From positions 1,696,001-1,760,000 of the forward strand of contig OY970364.1 in assembly GCA_963718565.1 (NCBI GenBank): DNA of 64,000 nucleotides, written 5' to 3'. This stretch comes from an uncultured Verrucomicrobiae bacterium. Its GTDB lineage: Bacteria > Chlamydiota > Chlamydiia > Chlamydiales > Rhabdochlamydiaceae. The notes under the pieces were generated by a model. That model did no database searches. It was not told where the DNA came from and saw only the letters and a list, made by a program, of their open reading frames with translations. Positions within the stretch are counted from its first letter, which is position 1. Each line of letters begins with the position of its first letter. The translations under genes and the position numbers were made by a program. Of this stretch, positions 40,651 through 52,268 are shown piece after piece.

Positions 40651-40949
40651 TTTTGTCTGGAGCGAGCGACCATTGTGCAAGCACAAGGCGCGAGTGAAGA
40701 CAGAAAATTTATTGCATAGCCAACGCAGCCAAAAACCAATTTTTGAATCATTTCCGGTATATGCATGAACACCCTAAAGTAGAGAGCTTACCTTCTTAGG
40801 TATACTTGTCCCTACGAAAATCGCCAAGAATTTTCACGAGGGTGCAACTAAAACCTGTACTCATTATGAAAAAATAGCGAGAAGGCTAAGATGCAAGGCG
40901 CCGCCGAAGGCGGGTAACCCGATGCAGGGCAACGAAGTGGATTAGTCTT

Positions 40950-42285
40950 TATAATGGTCCCCAAAATTTAGACCACTGTCTAAGCTAATATCCTCCCAAT
41001 GCGAGGAGGCCAAAATGGCCAAAACAAAAAAACAATATTCACCGGAGTTCAAGCTCAAAGTAGTACTAGAAGTGCTCAAGGGTGAGAAGACAGCAACCCA
41101 ACTCGCTGGCGAGTTGGGGGTACATCCCGTAGTTCTGTCGGAATGGAAAAAACAATTTATTGAGGCAGGACCTCAGATTTTTGTAAAGACCAGGAGGTCT
41201 AGGGATACAGCAGAGGGCAAAGAAAAGGCCGAACTGTTCGAACAGATTGGAAGACTCAAGATGGAGAACGAGTGGCTTAAAAAAAAATTGGGGGCTTTGA
41301 CCTGAATGAAAAACGGGCACTCATTGAACCTCACGATATCAAATTTTCCCAAAGAGCACAGTGTAAGCTCCTCGGAGTATGTCGATCTGGATTGTACTAC
41401 GAGCCACAGCAGCCTGGTGAAGAAGACTTGCGACTCATGTGCGCAATCGACAAACAGTACCTCGAAACCCCCTATTATGGGAGGCGTCGAATGACAGTGG
41501 CAATGAGAAAACTAGGATTTGTCGTGGGACAGAAAAAAGTGCGAACAGCGATGCAGGTGATGGGGATAGAGGCGATCTATCCAAAGCCGAACCTGAGCGC
41601 TGGGAATAAACAGCATAAAAAGTTCCCGTATTTACTGAGGGGCCTAATTGTTGATCGTTCCGATCAAGCTTGGGCAGCTGACATCACTTACATTCCATTA
41701 ACAAAAGGATTCGGATATCTGTTTGCAATCATAGACTGGTATAGTCGGTACGTGATTGAGTGGGAGCTCTCAAATCTGCTTGATACAGAATTTTGCATGG
41801 AGGCATTGCAAAGGAGTCTTTGGCAAAAAAGACCTGAGATATTTAATACTGATCAAGGTGTGCAGTTTACGAGTAGTCAATTCACCGGGAAACTTGAAGA
41901 GAATGGGATTAAAATCAGTATGGACGGGAAGGGTCGAGCTCTTGATAACGTGTTTATTGAGAGGCTGTGGAGAAGCGTGAAGTATGAAGAAATTTACCCG
42001 AAAGGATACGAGAGCATGAAAGAGGTTCGATCGGGGCTGAAAAAGTACTTTGAGTTTTACAACAACAAGCGACCCCATCAGGGTCTCGATTATCGAACCC
42101 CAGCAGAGGTGTATTATGGGACATAAGAAAAAGAAAGGGGCTTTGCCCCTTGAACCCCAGCAAATGGCTGACTGCCCTTTGCAAACCCGTGGGCTTTTGT
42201 ATAGGGCCCTGGGAGTTAGATTAAACAACAGAGGAGATTAGCTTAGATTTCTCGATTTTTGGTCTAGACAAAAGGAACCACTTTA
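40950..42285 (+). mobile_element. IS3-family insertion sequence, apparently intact
   Basis: Imperfect 26-bp IRs (..TAGACCA / TGGTCTA..), 3-bp TSD CTT, orfA/orfB organisation. Confidence 0.9.
41015..42126 (+). CDS. IS3 transposase OrfAB (orfA 41015-41305; -1 frameshift at A9 run 41279-41287 into orfB)
   Basis: OrfA HTH YSPEFKLKVV; OrfB DDE motifs WAADITYI, NTDQGVQF, DNVFIERLWRSVKYE; the -1 frame is open from the A run. Confidence 0.9.
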
Positions 42286-42433
42286 CTTCGCAGAATTTTT
42301 TCATTGAGTACAGATTTTAGTTGCACCCTTTTCACGAATACGAATTGCAAAAATAGTGGCCACCTATGTATATTGCTTTTTCAATTTGAACCGAAGCTTG
42401 TTAATTCTTAATGCTAAACATAGAGGTGATACC

Positions 42434-42859
42434 ATGAATGCAACTTTTTTTCCTCATCCAACCATAACCACTAGTCACATAGCTACCACCGATCAAATCG
42501 CTTCGGATCTTGGCAAAACCGCTGTCGGCGTTATTGCTGGAACAGTCGCAGGTTTTGCTTTAAACTTGTTTCCTCTTGTGGGGGGAGCGCTTTTTTGCGC
42601 AGCATCCTCTTTCTCTTTTCCTTGTATAGAGCAGGTTCTTCTTAAAATGATTCCTGATAGCCACAGAACAAATGTAAAAACTGCAATCAAGGCTGCTGCA
42701 ATTTTTTCTTCCATCTGTTTAGGCTCCCTTGCTATATCGTTTGTAGGGTTTCCTGCCACCGCTTTGACCATGATAGCAATGACCGCTGCGGTTCACATTA
42801 CTGCTTATGCGTTGCAAAATCAAAGCATGGGCTATTCCAATCACAGGACGTTTGGGTAA
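42434..42859 (+). CDS. Small hydrophobic protein, Inc-like candidate
   Basis: GAGGTG RBS; Thr/Ser-rich N-terminus then two long hydrophobic hairpins. Confidence 0.55.
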   Translation: MNATFFPHPTITTSHIATTDQIASDLGKTAVGVIAGTVAGFALNLFPLVGGALFCAASSFSFPCIEQVLLKMIPDSHRTNVKTAIKAAAIFSSICLGSLAISFVGFPATALTMIAMTAAVHITAYALQNQSMGYSNHRTFG

Positions 42860-43083
42860 AAATTGTGATGCAGAGGAAATGAGACTCTTGTTTCCTCTTC
42901 TCTTTTTTTGTTCTCAAGAGGGAATTGAAAAGGCAAAGAATATTAAAAAGAATATCGACGAAATAAGAAATTCCAATCAATATCATGATCCGCGTCATAT
43001 AAATCCAATATGAGAATGGACTATACCTTTCGTGGATGAAAAATTTGAATGCAAAAAATTTTGCTTGACTGCATAATGTGCGC

Positions 43084-43245
43084 ATGCATTTTTTGACCGA
43101 TCAAGAAAGAACACAACTCAAGATCCAACACAAGCAAGAGCACGATGGGCGAATACGCGATCGGATAAAGGCCATTCTACTCTACGATGAGGGATGGACA
43201 CCGCAGAAAATTGCCAAGGTTTTACTGATCTCCGAACCACGTTGA
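43084..43245 (+). pseudogene. IS630-family transposase N-terminal remnant
   Basis: MHFLTDQERTQLKIQHKQEHDGRIRDRIKAILLYDEGWTPQKIAKVLLIS then stop. Confidence 0.7.
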
Positions 43246-43549
43246 GGATTATAAAGCCTCCAATAAGTTGAAGTCCGAAATTCGCTGTCCTGCCTACCCT
43301 TGCGCCAGATTCAATATTAGGCCAATCTTTCAGGAGCCGTGTCAGGGATAAGTTCAGACCTGTCGGGGCGCCAATGACAAATTAGCTGCTTGTGACATAT
43401 GTTTAAAGACTACATGAGCACGACGGATGGGATCAACGCCCCGAGTTTGACACCTGATTTTTATAACAGCTCTAAAATCAACATGTTACAAAAAATAAAA
43501 TCCCGTGTACCACTACATTTGTGTGCAATCGATGCGTTTTTCTTCAGGC

Positions 43550-43783
43550 ATGCCTCTCTGCACACTTCAGCAATTTTGGAGGGATTGGAGCCCCAATTGC
43601 TTTAAACAGCTGCGCAGCATTTCCCTTGATATCGTTACGTACTCAGACGCGAGTATTTTTTACTGTCACCGGAATTGCCCGAACTTCCGCCAACTCTCTC
43701 ATTGCCTCAACTACAGTCAAAGGGCGTGCTTTAATCGACAGGAACGCTGGTAATCAGCAATAGCCTTCAGGTGTCAAACTCGG
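43550..43783 (-). pseudogene. Transposase C-terminal remnant (IS1634-like)
   Basis: Minus strand LTVVEAMRELAEVRAIPVTVKNTRV*VRNDIKGNAAQLFKAIGAPIPPKLL with an internal stop. Confidence 0.5.
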
Positions 43784-43926
43784 GCCGCTCAATTCATACC
43801 TCCTCGGAGACCTGTGGCAAGCACTGAATGTCATTTGGATCCATGCCTGATTGAGATCGATAAATGCAAAGCCTGGCATGGATCCAAATGACATTCAGTG
43901 CTTGCCACAGGTTTTTGAGGACGTAC
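43784..43926. mobile_element. Solo end of the IS66-like element with subterminal hairpin
   Basis: Near-identical to 47226-47368; ends GTTTTTGAGGACGTAC. Confidence 0.85.
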
Positions 43927-43959
43927 TAGATTTTCAGCTATGTACATCTCACTGGACAC

Positions 43960-45589
43960 TTACTGAAACCGAGAAGATTCTTTGTTTTTTTCGTATTGCA
44001 AATCGAGAAGAATCTGTCGATTGGTGTAGTCGATAAAAAATGGGTGCTCGAGAAAAAAATCCATTCCAAGAATACCATCAAAATCAAACTTGGAAGTTAT
44101 ATCTAACGCTCTAATAGAATGTTTTCCGAAATCATGCCCCATGATTTGAAATTTTTCAGTGGATGCTGGATGAGGAAGGCGTATGGCTGTACAGGTAGAA
44201 CCTGTATCGAGCACCAAGCGATAAGTTCCCACATCTGTTTTCACTTCAAGAAGGATGCCATCTGGATGAGGGGAAAAAGGGATGTTAAGAAGGTTTTTGG
44301 AAAGCAAGCCAGCTTGCTGAAGAAGCAAGTAATTACTGCTAGCGTAAATTGCTGAATGAGGAAAATCCAAGAATAAATTGTATTTTTCAAGAATCGACCT
44401 TCCAATCGCTCCAGGGAGAAGCAAAGGTTTGCCCTCCACTGTCGCATTGACGTGAAAATCCTCTCTATCTTGGTTGACATGCACACGTGGAAAACTGAGA
44501 TCGCCAATTTTAATCTCTGGGATAAAAATAGGTGGGCGATTCGTACTGTTGCCCTCTAAAATCATACCATGTGGATGTTCCGTATTTTGCTTTATGTATC
44601 TCTTGCAAAATCTCCTCGCTTAAAGAAAAAGAAAAAACACTCCCAGTATCAAGCTTGAATATATGCTCACGTCCTTCAAGTGACACATGAATCAATGGAT
44701 CTTTATGTCCATTAAAAGTTACAGGCACACGCTCAAAATATTCCTTGGGAGGTTCCAAATAAGCAATTTTATGCGTGTAATCGAGATACAAGGAATGGTC
44801 TTTCAGGAAATCCATGCCAATAAACCCATCAATTCCATTCAGAAGTTCTGGTAAATCGATGGGATGAAACGTGACATGTCCAAAATGGACTCCTTTTATA
44901 GAAAAAGGAGATGAGGTAAAAAAGAAGCGCGCATCGGGAGGAAAAAATGAAGAACGAAGGTGATTACACGTACATGACGTTTTAAGAGCAAGCTTTAAAG
45001 GTCCAAGATCAGTATCAACAGAAAAGACGATTCCAACTCGATGAAGCTCAAAAGGAACGCTCACCCAATCATTGTTAACAAGTTTTTTTTCTTGAAGTTT
45101 GGGAAAAGTATCGCAAGCGATGATTCTGTCATGGGGAAAATCTAAAAACAGATTGAATTCTTCTCCGAGAAATCTGCCCAAGTGACCACAACTCTCATCT
45201 TCCGTCATTTGATTAGCTATGACGTTTTTAAGCGTTAAGTTCCCTATCCTCATTTTTGGAATAAGATAGGAAGGAGCCTCGCATGTTTGGCCTGCGAAGG
45301 TATTCCATTGGCCTATCCCTCGAGGCTGTTTATCGATTCCGTCTAATGTTTCCTTGTATAGGAATAAAGGAAAACGAAAACCTAGATCAAAAACTAATGA
45401 ATAGTTTTTACCTTGCAATTCGACATCAATAATAGGGAAATTGTACTTATCATAACTAACTGCATGAGAACTAAAATAGCCTCCCGAACAGAAATAAACT
45501 AAGATAATAGCACCTGTTGTTCCACTTAGGAACAACAAAAACAAATGTTTTAAAAACTTAGAATGGTTGCGACACGCTTCCTTCAACAT
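43960..45589 (-). CDS. Retropepsin-like multi-module aspartic protease paralog, one frameshift near 44525
   Basis: Colinear with 2943-4628; motifs VFDLG, ALKTS, KLDTG, VLDTG; one extra T in a T-run joins the two ORFs. Confidence 0.8.
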
Positions 45590-46608
45590 GCGTTTCACCT
45601 CTGGTATTTCCCTGGCTATTTCTTTCACCTGAAGCTCCAGCCTTAACATCAAATCGCGTGCCATTATCTGTCTCATATGTAACCCCAACATCAACTGAAG
45701 CGCGTTCATTTCCTTTGTCATCTTTATCTACTCGTGCTCCAGCATGTGCTTCTCCTTTACCAAGAGTGAAAGCATAATGCGCGATATCTGTTTTCCAGTC
45801 TTCTGAAGAAGAGGGTACAGATGAAACTGCTAGAACAATTTGGTCGTTATTGAATTGTTCAATTCCGTAAAGAATGGAATTTAACCACTGGCAAGCTACA
45901 GCATGGATATCCGCAGTATCCAAATCATGACCGTAACCTTCCAACCGATGATAAGTGAGAGGATTTGTCTCTTTTAAGTTTTTAGCAGCAAGATCTGCGC
46001 TGAGAACAGGGATTTGGCTATCTTCAACTCCATGAGCGAGATAAATCGGAAGAGAATTTTGATTGAGAAATAATGATGCTTCATCCGCAACAAGCAGAGA
46101 AGCCCACCACTTATAGGTATTACCCAAAAATTGTTTATCTGGCGTTGGATCAAGGATCATTGCATCCATTTGTTCTTCCAAGAAAATCATATATTGATCA
46201 ATCTCATCTTGCACTGCACCATGGTTTCCCAAACGTTGACGAAGCGAGGATTTTATCTCTTCTCGCGGTTTTAGACCACCACCCGTAGCAAACAATAGAA
46301 CGGCTGCTGTTTGAGGTGTTTGAGCAGCTAAATTGGCTGCTATCATGCCACCTTCAGATTCGCCCCAGAAAATCATTTTTCCTTCCCATTCAGGACAGAT
46401 AAGGTGCATATTTTCAAGACAAAACATAGAATCTTCCAAGCGTTTTTGAAGACAATTAGTCTGTTGATATTCTAAGAAGTTGATATCTTCTCTTGAGATT
46501 CCTTGTTTTTCTATAGCAATCATCCCTAAACCGAGAGCATTTGCTTGATCACTTAAGTCTGCATGCCATTTTAGAGTGCTTTCACAGGACGAACCCTGAA
46601 TGGCGAAT
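45558..46608 (-). pseudogene. Alpha/beta-hydrolase paralog, 5'-truncated
   Basis: Homology to 1763-2974 starts at FAIQGSSCES, with an in-frame stop just upstream; signal-peptide region missing. Confidence 0.8.
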
Positions 46609-46744
46609 CTGAGTTACCCTCTTTCCACCAGTGGCGTGAAAAAGACTTTCCTTTCTGGCGATCATTTTGGATTCACAATCCTTCCTCTGTTGAAATTTTT
46701 TATAAAGTTTCTCTCTCTTTGCGAAAAATCAAGCCATATTTTTT

Positions 46745-47368
46745 GTACGTCCTTAAAAACTCATGGCAAAAGTTGAAGACCATTTTGATCCATGCCAAAC
46801 TTACCACTTATCGATCTTGATTGGGCACGGATCGAAATGGTCTTCAACTTTTGCCAGAGTCTTCAAGGAAGTTAATGTACGTGCTACCAGTCAAGGTGTG
46901 GCCGGAGAGGCTGTTTGATAACGCTCATGAACAAATTGTGCTAAATCGATCGGATCCCCTCGAAACCACCGACTCAAATACTCCCAAAAGCTCACGCCAA
47001 GTCTGGCGCATGTCTGCTTGAGCGTCAATAGGCCGTCTCGAAATTGTCTGCCCTCTACGCTTTTGGTAGTGCCAGATAAAGCGAGATCCTTTTGGGATTC
47101 CTGTGGCTACAATGCGCACTTCCTGTTGTACTTTCTGTGGAACCAGAGCAGTCTAAATATAGGGCGCTCTGTTATCAAGCGAAAGTTTTATTAATGGGTC
47201 TGGGCGTTTTGTTCTGACTTTACAAGCCGCTCAATTCATACCTCCTCGGAGACCTGTGGCAAGCACTGAATGTCATTTGGATCCATGCCTGATTGAGATC
47301 GATAAATGCAAAGCCTGGCATGGATCCAAATGACATTCAGTGCTTGCCATAGGTTTTTGAGGACGTAC
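46745..47368. mobile_element. 624-bp non-autonomous IS66-derived element
   Basis: TIRs GTACGTCCT(T/C)AAAAAC; 8-bp TSD TATTTTTT (46737-46744, 47369-47376); contains transposase 3' fragment. Confidence 0.88.
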
Positions 47369-47490
47369 TATTTTTTTATATGACCCGACAGATGAAAAGT
47401 CAAGAGAGCAAATGCTCACAGAAAGGCAGCGGATCGAGCATTAAAATGAATTTTTATTTTTAATGCCCTTCATGTATTCTGAGCTACTTA

Positions 47491-47650
47491 GAGTGTGTCG
47501 TTGAAAATGTTTCATTTGATTTTTGATGGATTTTGCCTTTGATTTTAATTCGGTTCCGCAGGACATAGTTGATTAACTAAACCAAGGAACCGAATTAAAA
47601 CCAAAGGCAAAAGATACAAAAAGCAAAAAACAATTTTCAACGACACACTC
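47491..47650. mobile_element. 160-bp MITE family B, second copy
   Basis: Same length and core as 37856-38015, with different self-complementary outer arms. Confidence 0.8.
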
Positions 47651-47703
47651 TTGGTGAAAAATAATTTTTTCCTCAAGATTATGGTCATCCTTGGAGGTTT
47701 CTT

Positions 47704-49999
47704 ATGAAATTCTGTCTTTCCATTCTGGTGTTATTGACGATGGGTGTAGTTGCCCTTCCGATTGCAAGTCACGCAGATGCAAAAAAAGTCTCGAGTAGCG
47801 ATGAAGCGATTCAACAAGCAGTCAGCGAATTAAATCAGTACGCGAAAGTTCAAAGGGATTTAAATGTGCAAAATGCAGACCTTGCTTATGGCATGAGAAA
47901 AGCACTGGTGATTGCCGACCTTTTACTGGACCCTCAAGGCAAATTAAAAACGGATGTGCGCTCCACAATAAAATCCGCGTTTATTTCGACCACTCCTAGA
48001 GAGTACGAAGTCAATATGAGCCGGTTTCTCGACAACCTCGATCCTTCTTGGCAATCTTTCTTTGATCAGGTGGGGTTGCCAAAAGATCCGAATTGCGTGA
48101 GTCGCATTTCATTGCGGGCTCTTTTCAGCTTAGGATCCGGGCAGCCATTAACCGACAGACATGCGAAAGTGGCAGTGCTTGCCGCAATGCTTGCGCCTTA
48201 CAATCAAGGGCCAGTGGGCGACTGCTTCGCAGTCAACGACGTGATCCGCGATCATAACGAGTACTACCGCCATATTGCCGAAGATTGCTCTTCCATTGTG
48301 AGAAAAGGATATGTCGAACGCCCTGTCCATCATTCCTCGGATTATTTCTTTTTTCTTCCTAGTTTGGCGGATGACGATAGAGATCAGCCCATGGAAATTA
48401 CCGCTGAAGGGTTATTTGCAGGAACAGAGATCTCTATTTTCGACGCTCCCGGCTTTGCAGCAGCTCGTGCATTGATGGGAGGCGATTATATCGCCAACTT
48501 GGAAAGCGATGTATGGAATTCCCTACCTAAAAAATGCTGGGCAGAACTCCATCAAAGTGACCCCTTCTCAATGGATCCAAGCGACAGCAAAAATCATCGC
48601 CAAAAAGACATCTCATGCAGATGTCGATACTCTTATCCATCTTGGCGAATATGCTTTCAGCAGCCTCACCAATAACCCTATTCTTCGTGCCGTTGAATCT
48701 ACTTTTGCCGCGATGGCAGAAGATCGGGCCACAGACTCCACTCGTGGAAATATTAACAGCTGTGTTGCAGATACTTTAAAACAGACATGGAATCAATTGA
48801 AAAAAGTCAACGGCGCTGCCCAATTTAAGCAGGCGTTTGCTTACGTTCTCAATGCATGTTATCGCCTCCTCTATAATTTGAATATTCCTCTTGCGCAAGT
48901 CTCTACTGATGGCAGTTCCACTGATGGAGGATTCCAATTGTACAAGCGGATGCATGATTATCCCACTAGCCTTGGGACAAGAATTGCGACTCCCGAGCAG
49001 TTTAGACAGCTGCTCTTGTATGTAGTCAATAAAGTGGAAGCAGATTCAGGTTCGACGCCTGATTCACAATTGGTCGCAAGTCGTTTGAAAACGGCGATCA
49101 ATACTGACGATTTTTTAAAAAATCTATTCTGGAATTACGATAATGCGAACAAGCAGGAACCTGATCCCGTTAACAATTATCTCAAGCTCTCTCGTACGCC
49201 GATGCAAAGCTGCGATGGGGATAACCCTTTTGAGGTCGATGATATCGACACAGGAAAAACCTATGACAGCAATGTTCAGTCTTACACGCCTAAAAATCCA
49301 AACGATCTGATTACTTGGTGTTTACAGTTAGCAAAAATTGCGCCTGCAGAGATGATCCCCATGGATAGCCCTCAGCATGCATTCAATTTTATGCCAGCAA
49401 ATCCAGACATCGTCCAATACATTAAAACTGGCATGAAATCCCCCCAATGGCTAAAAAAAACACTCGTCATGCCAGGAATGCAGGTCGCTAAACGACAAAT
49501 CAGCACAGATGCTCAAAAAGCGCTCACACAAGGAATGTATAATTACCTTTCTGAGGTTCTCTCCGATCGTCAATCCTATCAGCAACTCGTCCAGAATCTT
49601 TCTCAGCAGACTTTAAGTGTGCAAGACTACTCTCAACAGCTGTTGAATGGGATCAATACACTTCTCAAGTCCGATGAAACCCAAGCCTATCAAATAGCCC
49701 TTGCTCTCGATGGAATCCTTTTTCAATCTCTATCGCCGCAAGATCAAGCGATTCTCGAGCAATCTGCCATTCGCTTCGCTTTTACTAACTGGAATGAGGG
49801 AGCAAAAAACATCTACTTTTGTGCGTATTTCAATCCACGCACAACACAGATTGGCTTTGGAACAATTTTCGAAGACAAAACTCAGTTGCAACCCATGGAT
49901 GAAAAAGCTTGGGTCGACAATCAACAATGGGATGTCAACTTAACTCCTTTTGCTCCAAAACTCGGGCTGGCCATGGGAGGGTTGAAACAGTTTCAATAG
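47704..49999 (+). CDS. Large secreted protein, probable papain/calpain-like cysteine protease; one frameshift near 48520
   Basis: GGAGG RBS, signal peptide, QGPVGDCF, later QHAFN and FTNW; two overlapping ORFs 47704-48675 and 48509-49999. Confidence 0.6.
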
Positions 50000-50127
50000 C
50001 ATTGAGAGCTCCTTATAATGGGACAAAGCAGCCTTTGTCACTGATCGATTGGCCCTATATTCTTCTAGGGATTGCACCAGTATTGTTTGGCCCACTTGAA
50101 GCGAGACCTAAATTGCATCTGCTTTAG

Positions 50128-50628
50128 TTACGCAAGAGGTCTTTTATTGTCCAAAAACAGTCTATGAAATATGACACCTTCAATCTCCGGTGGAACGAAA
50201 TCGATTAGTCGCTTTCCGTGGGAAGCAATTTCACGAACAACAGTAGAGCTGATTAGGCGACATTTTTCATCGACAACAAGGTAAAATGTTTCGACTTCGC
50301 CTAATTGACGATTCACCTGAGCTTGCAAAGTTTCATTTTCAAAGTCAAAAATAGTCCGAATGGCTCGGATAATAATGTCAATGCCACGAGATTTCGCAAA
50401 ATCAACAAGAAGTCCTTCGAAAGCAAAAATTTCAATGTTGGGAATATCTGCTGTGATTGTCTTAAGGAACTGTATTCTTTCCTCTAATGAAAAAGTTGGA
50501 GAAATCTTGGTTGGATTTGCTCCAATGGCAATCACCAACTCATCAAATTTACCTGCAGCCCTTTGAATAATATTTAGATGACCCAAAGTAGGGGGATCAA
50601 ATGTGCCAGGATAAATTGCGGCTTTCAT
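50128..50628 (-). CDS. coaD: Phosphopantetheine adenylyltransferase
   Basis: AIYPGTFDPPTLGH, GLLVDFA, ISSTVVREIA. Confidence 0.93.
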   Translation of the reverse strand: MKAAIYPGTFDPPTLGHLNIIQRAAGKFDELVIAIGANPTKISPTFSLEERIQFLKTITADIPNIEIFAFEGLLVDFAKSRGIDIIIRAIRTIFDFENETLQAQVNRQLGEVETFYLVVDEKCRLISSTVVREIASHGKRLIDFVPPEIEGVIFHRLFLDNKRPLA

Positions 50629-50834
50629 AGTGCCTGGTTATTAAATATCTCATTGATCAGTCTCGCCAAACGATAGCTGGATAGGGCAATTTGTCGCAAA
50701 GCAGTATGCTCCCCTATTTTGAGATAGTCATGAGAAGGTGTTTCTCCTACTTGGATTCCGTGATAAGCTACTTGTATAGCAACCCGATTCACTTTCCCTA
50801 CCATTAAACAACGCAATTTTGAGACTGCATTAGA

Positions 50835-52118
50835 TTAAAATGTGCGCTCATTTTTCTCCAATCTATTTTTAGCGACACGGCTGTTAAGGAGAAAGTACCC
50901 TGATGCAAGAAGGCAAAGGAAGGCTCCTAACAATATGACCCCTAAAGGATGAATGAATGGTAGGAGCACAGAGCCTATGACAGGAATCACACAGCCTCTT
51001 ATTCCTACGGTGAGTATATTGGTGACACTGAAAGTAGAACTGTCCTTCTCTTTAGCAAAGACAAGGCCTGACATATGCCAGCTCAACTCACTTCCAGCTT
51101 GCATAACCCCATAAAATGCATAAGCGAGGTACAACAAAATAAGGTGAAAAGATGTAGCCAGGAGAAGGAATGGGAACAGGGTGGCAAAAAATGTGACGAG
51201 AGCACACAGCTGAAAAATATTTAACTTTCGAAATAATCGCGTCCAAATAGGCGAAGCCAAAGCAACACCCACTCCTTTGCACAAAGAAATAGCAAGACCC
51301 ATTTCGGTAAAAGACAAATGAAGAATATCAATAAAAAATTTTGGAAGAGCGGGTTGCATAATCATAAGTCCCGCTCCACCGAACATGAATCCTATTTGAA
51401 AAATTGCAAAATCTTTACATTGACTAATCAGCTTCCATACCTGCTGCCAAGGCTTGAAGATTTTTTCCTTAATTTTAAAACTGTGAGTGCGAGAAGTTAC
51501 ACAAGTTAAGGATGGCGCAGGCGGTGGAGAAATGGAGGTTAAAAGGAAAGTAGATAAAATTCCTAAAACCGCGGTGATTAAAAATAACCATCTCCAAATT
51601 TCTTGAAAGTTGTCCAATAACACTCCTACACCAATCGCAAGGACCGCGGTTCCAAGAAAATCGATGATAGTTCCATATGCCACCATCTCTTCACGTTTTG
51701 TTTTGGGAAGATTGCATTTAAACAGCTCCATCCATGCAGGGATTGTGGCACGACTCAATGTCATGTAAAGTCCAAAAGAGAAAATAATAAACCAAGAGGA
51801 CTGTGTCCAAGGAATGAAAAGAAAGGGAAGATGACGGAAAAAATTAGCTCCTAACAGATTGGTGATAATTCTGTCGGGTTTTTGATAAATTGCCTGACTC
51901 CAATAAGGAGACAGAAGAGATGAAGCGGGCTTGAGTGCAACTATAACTGTGATTTGCAACGGAGTAAGATGCATATTTTTATACAAAATGAAAGCCAACA
52001 TGCTTAGCAAACACCAGCAAGGAATGCCCATGAGACGCATGCATATGAATGCAAATTGAGTGCGTTGCGCAGGAGAACCTTTATACGTCAAAAGCATTTT
52101 TTTAAACATGTCAACCAC
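50835..52118 (-). CDS. MFS transporter
   Basis: About 12 TM helices in two halves separated by a central loop. Confidence 0.8.
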   Translation of the reverse strand: MVDMFKKMLLTYKGSPAQRTQFAFICMRLMGIPCWCLLSMLAFILYKNMHLTPLQITVIVALKPASSLLSPYWSQAIYQKPDRIITNLLGANFFRHLPFLFIPWTQSSWFIIFSFGLYMTLSRATIPAWMELFKCNLPKTKREEMVAYGTIIDFLGTAVLAIGVGVLLDNFQEIWRWLFLITAVLGILSTFLLTSISPPPAPSLTCVTSRTHSFKIKEKIFKPWQQVWKLISQCKDFAIFQIGFMFGGAGLMIMQPALPKFFIDILHLSFTEMGLAISLCKGVGVALASPIWTRLFRKLNIFQLCALVTFFATLFPFLLLATSFHLILLYLAYAFYGVMQAGSELSWHMSGLVFAKEKDSSTFSVTNILTVGIRGCVIPVIGSVLLPFIHPLGVILLGAFLCLLASGYFLLNSRVAKNRLEKNERTF

Positions 52119-52268
52119 ACGCAGTATTAGACCTCTTGCTAACTTAAGGATTCGTCGCTTAATGAATGACTAATTTTGTCTATGAGATTTGGAGGGATAG
52201 CGGCAATGAAATATTTTAAAGCGAATCAGATTGTTTTCAACTAAGTCTTTCATGGGTTTTTCCTCAAG

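Larger units (their letters stand above)
40840..42328. mobile_element. Palindromic MITE family C interrupted by IS3
   Basis: Termini GGGTGCAACTAAAACCTGTACTCA / TGAGTACAGATTTTAGTTGCACCC; 9-bp TSD TTTTCACGA at 40831-40839 and 42329-42337. Confidence 0.85.

Noticed and set aside
40431..40772. 602-aa DacB with an N-terminal MITE-encoded extension
   Set aside because: The ORF caller read through the stop-free repeat; a signal-peptide-like start exists at 40430, so the repeat is probably upstream of the gene.
730..43926. One giant composite transposon bounded by the IS66-like ends at 730 and 43926
   Set aside because: The flanking 8-mers differ (GATACTGA vs TAGATTTT) and the interval contains core genes, so these are independent remnants.
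44510..44565. Frameshift in the second protease gene as phase variation
   Set aside because: A single extra T in a short T-run cannot be distinguished from the indel errors evident in rpoD.
48509..48675. Two separate genes or programmed frameshift in the secreted protein
   Set aside because: Overlapping frames near a short A-run; most simply one gene with an indel error.
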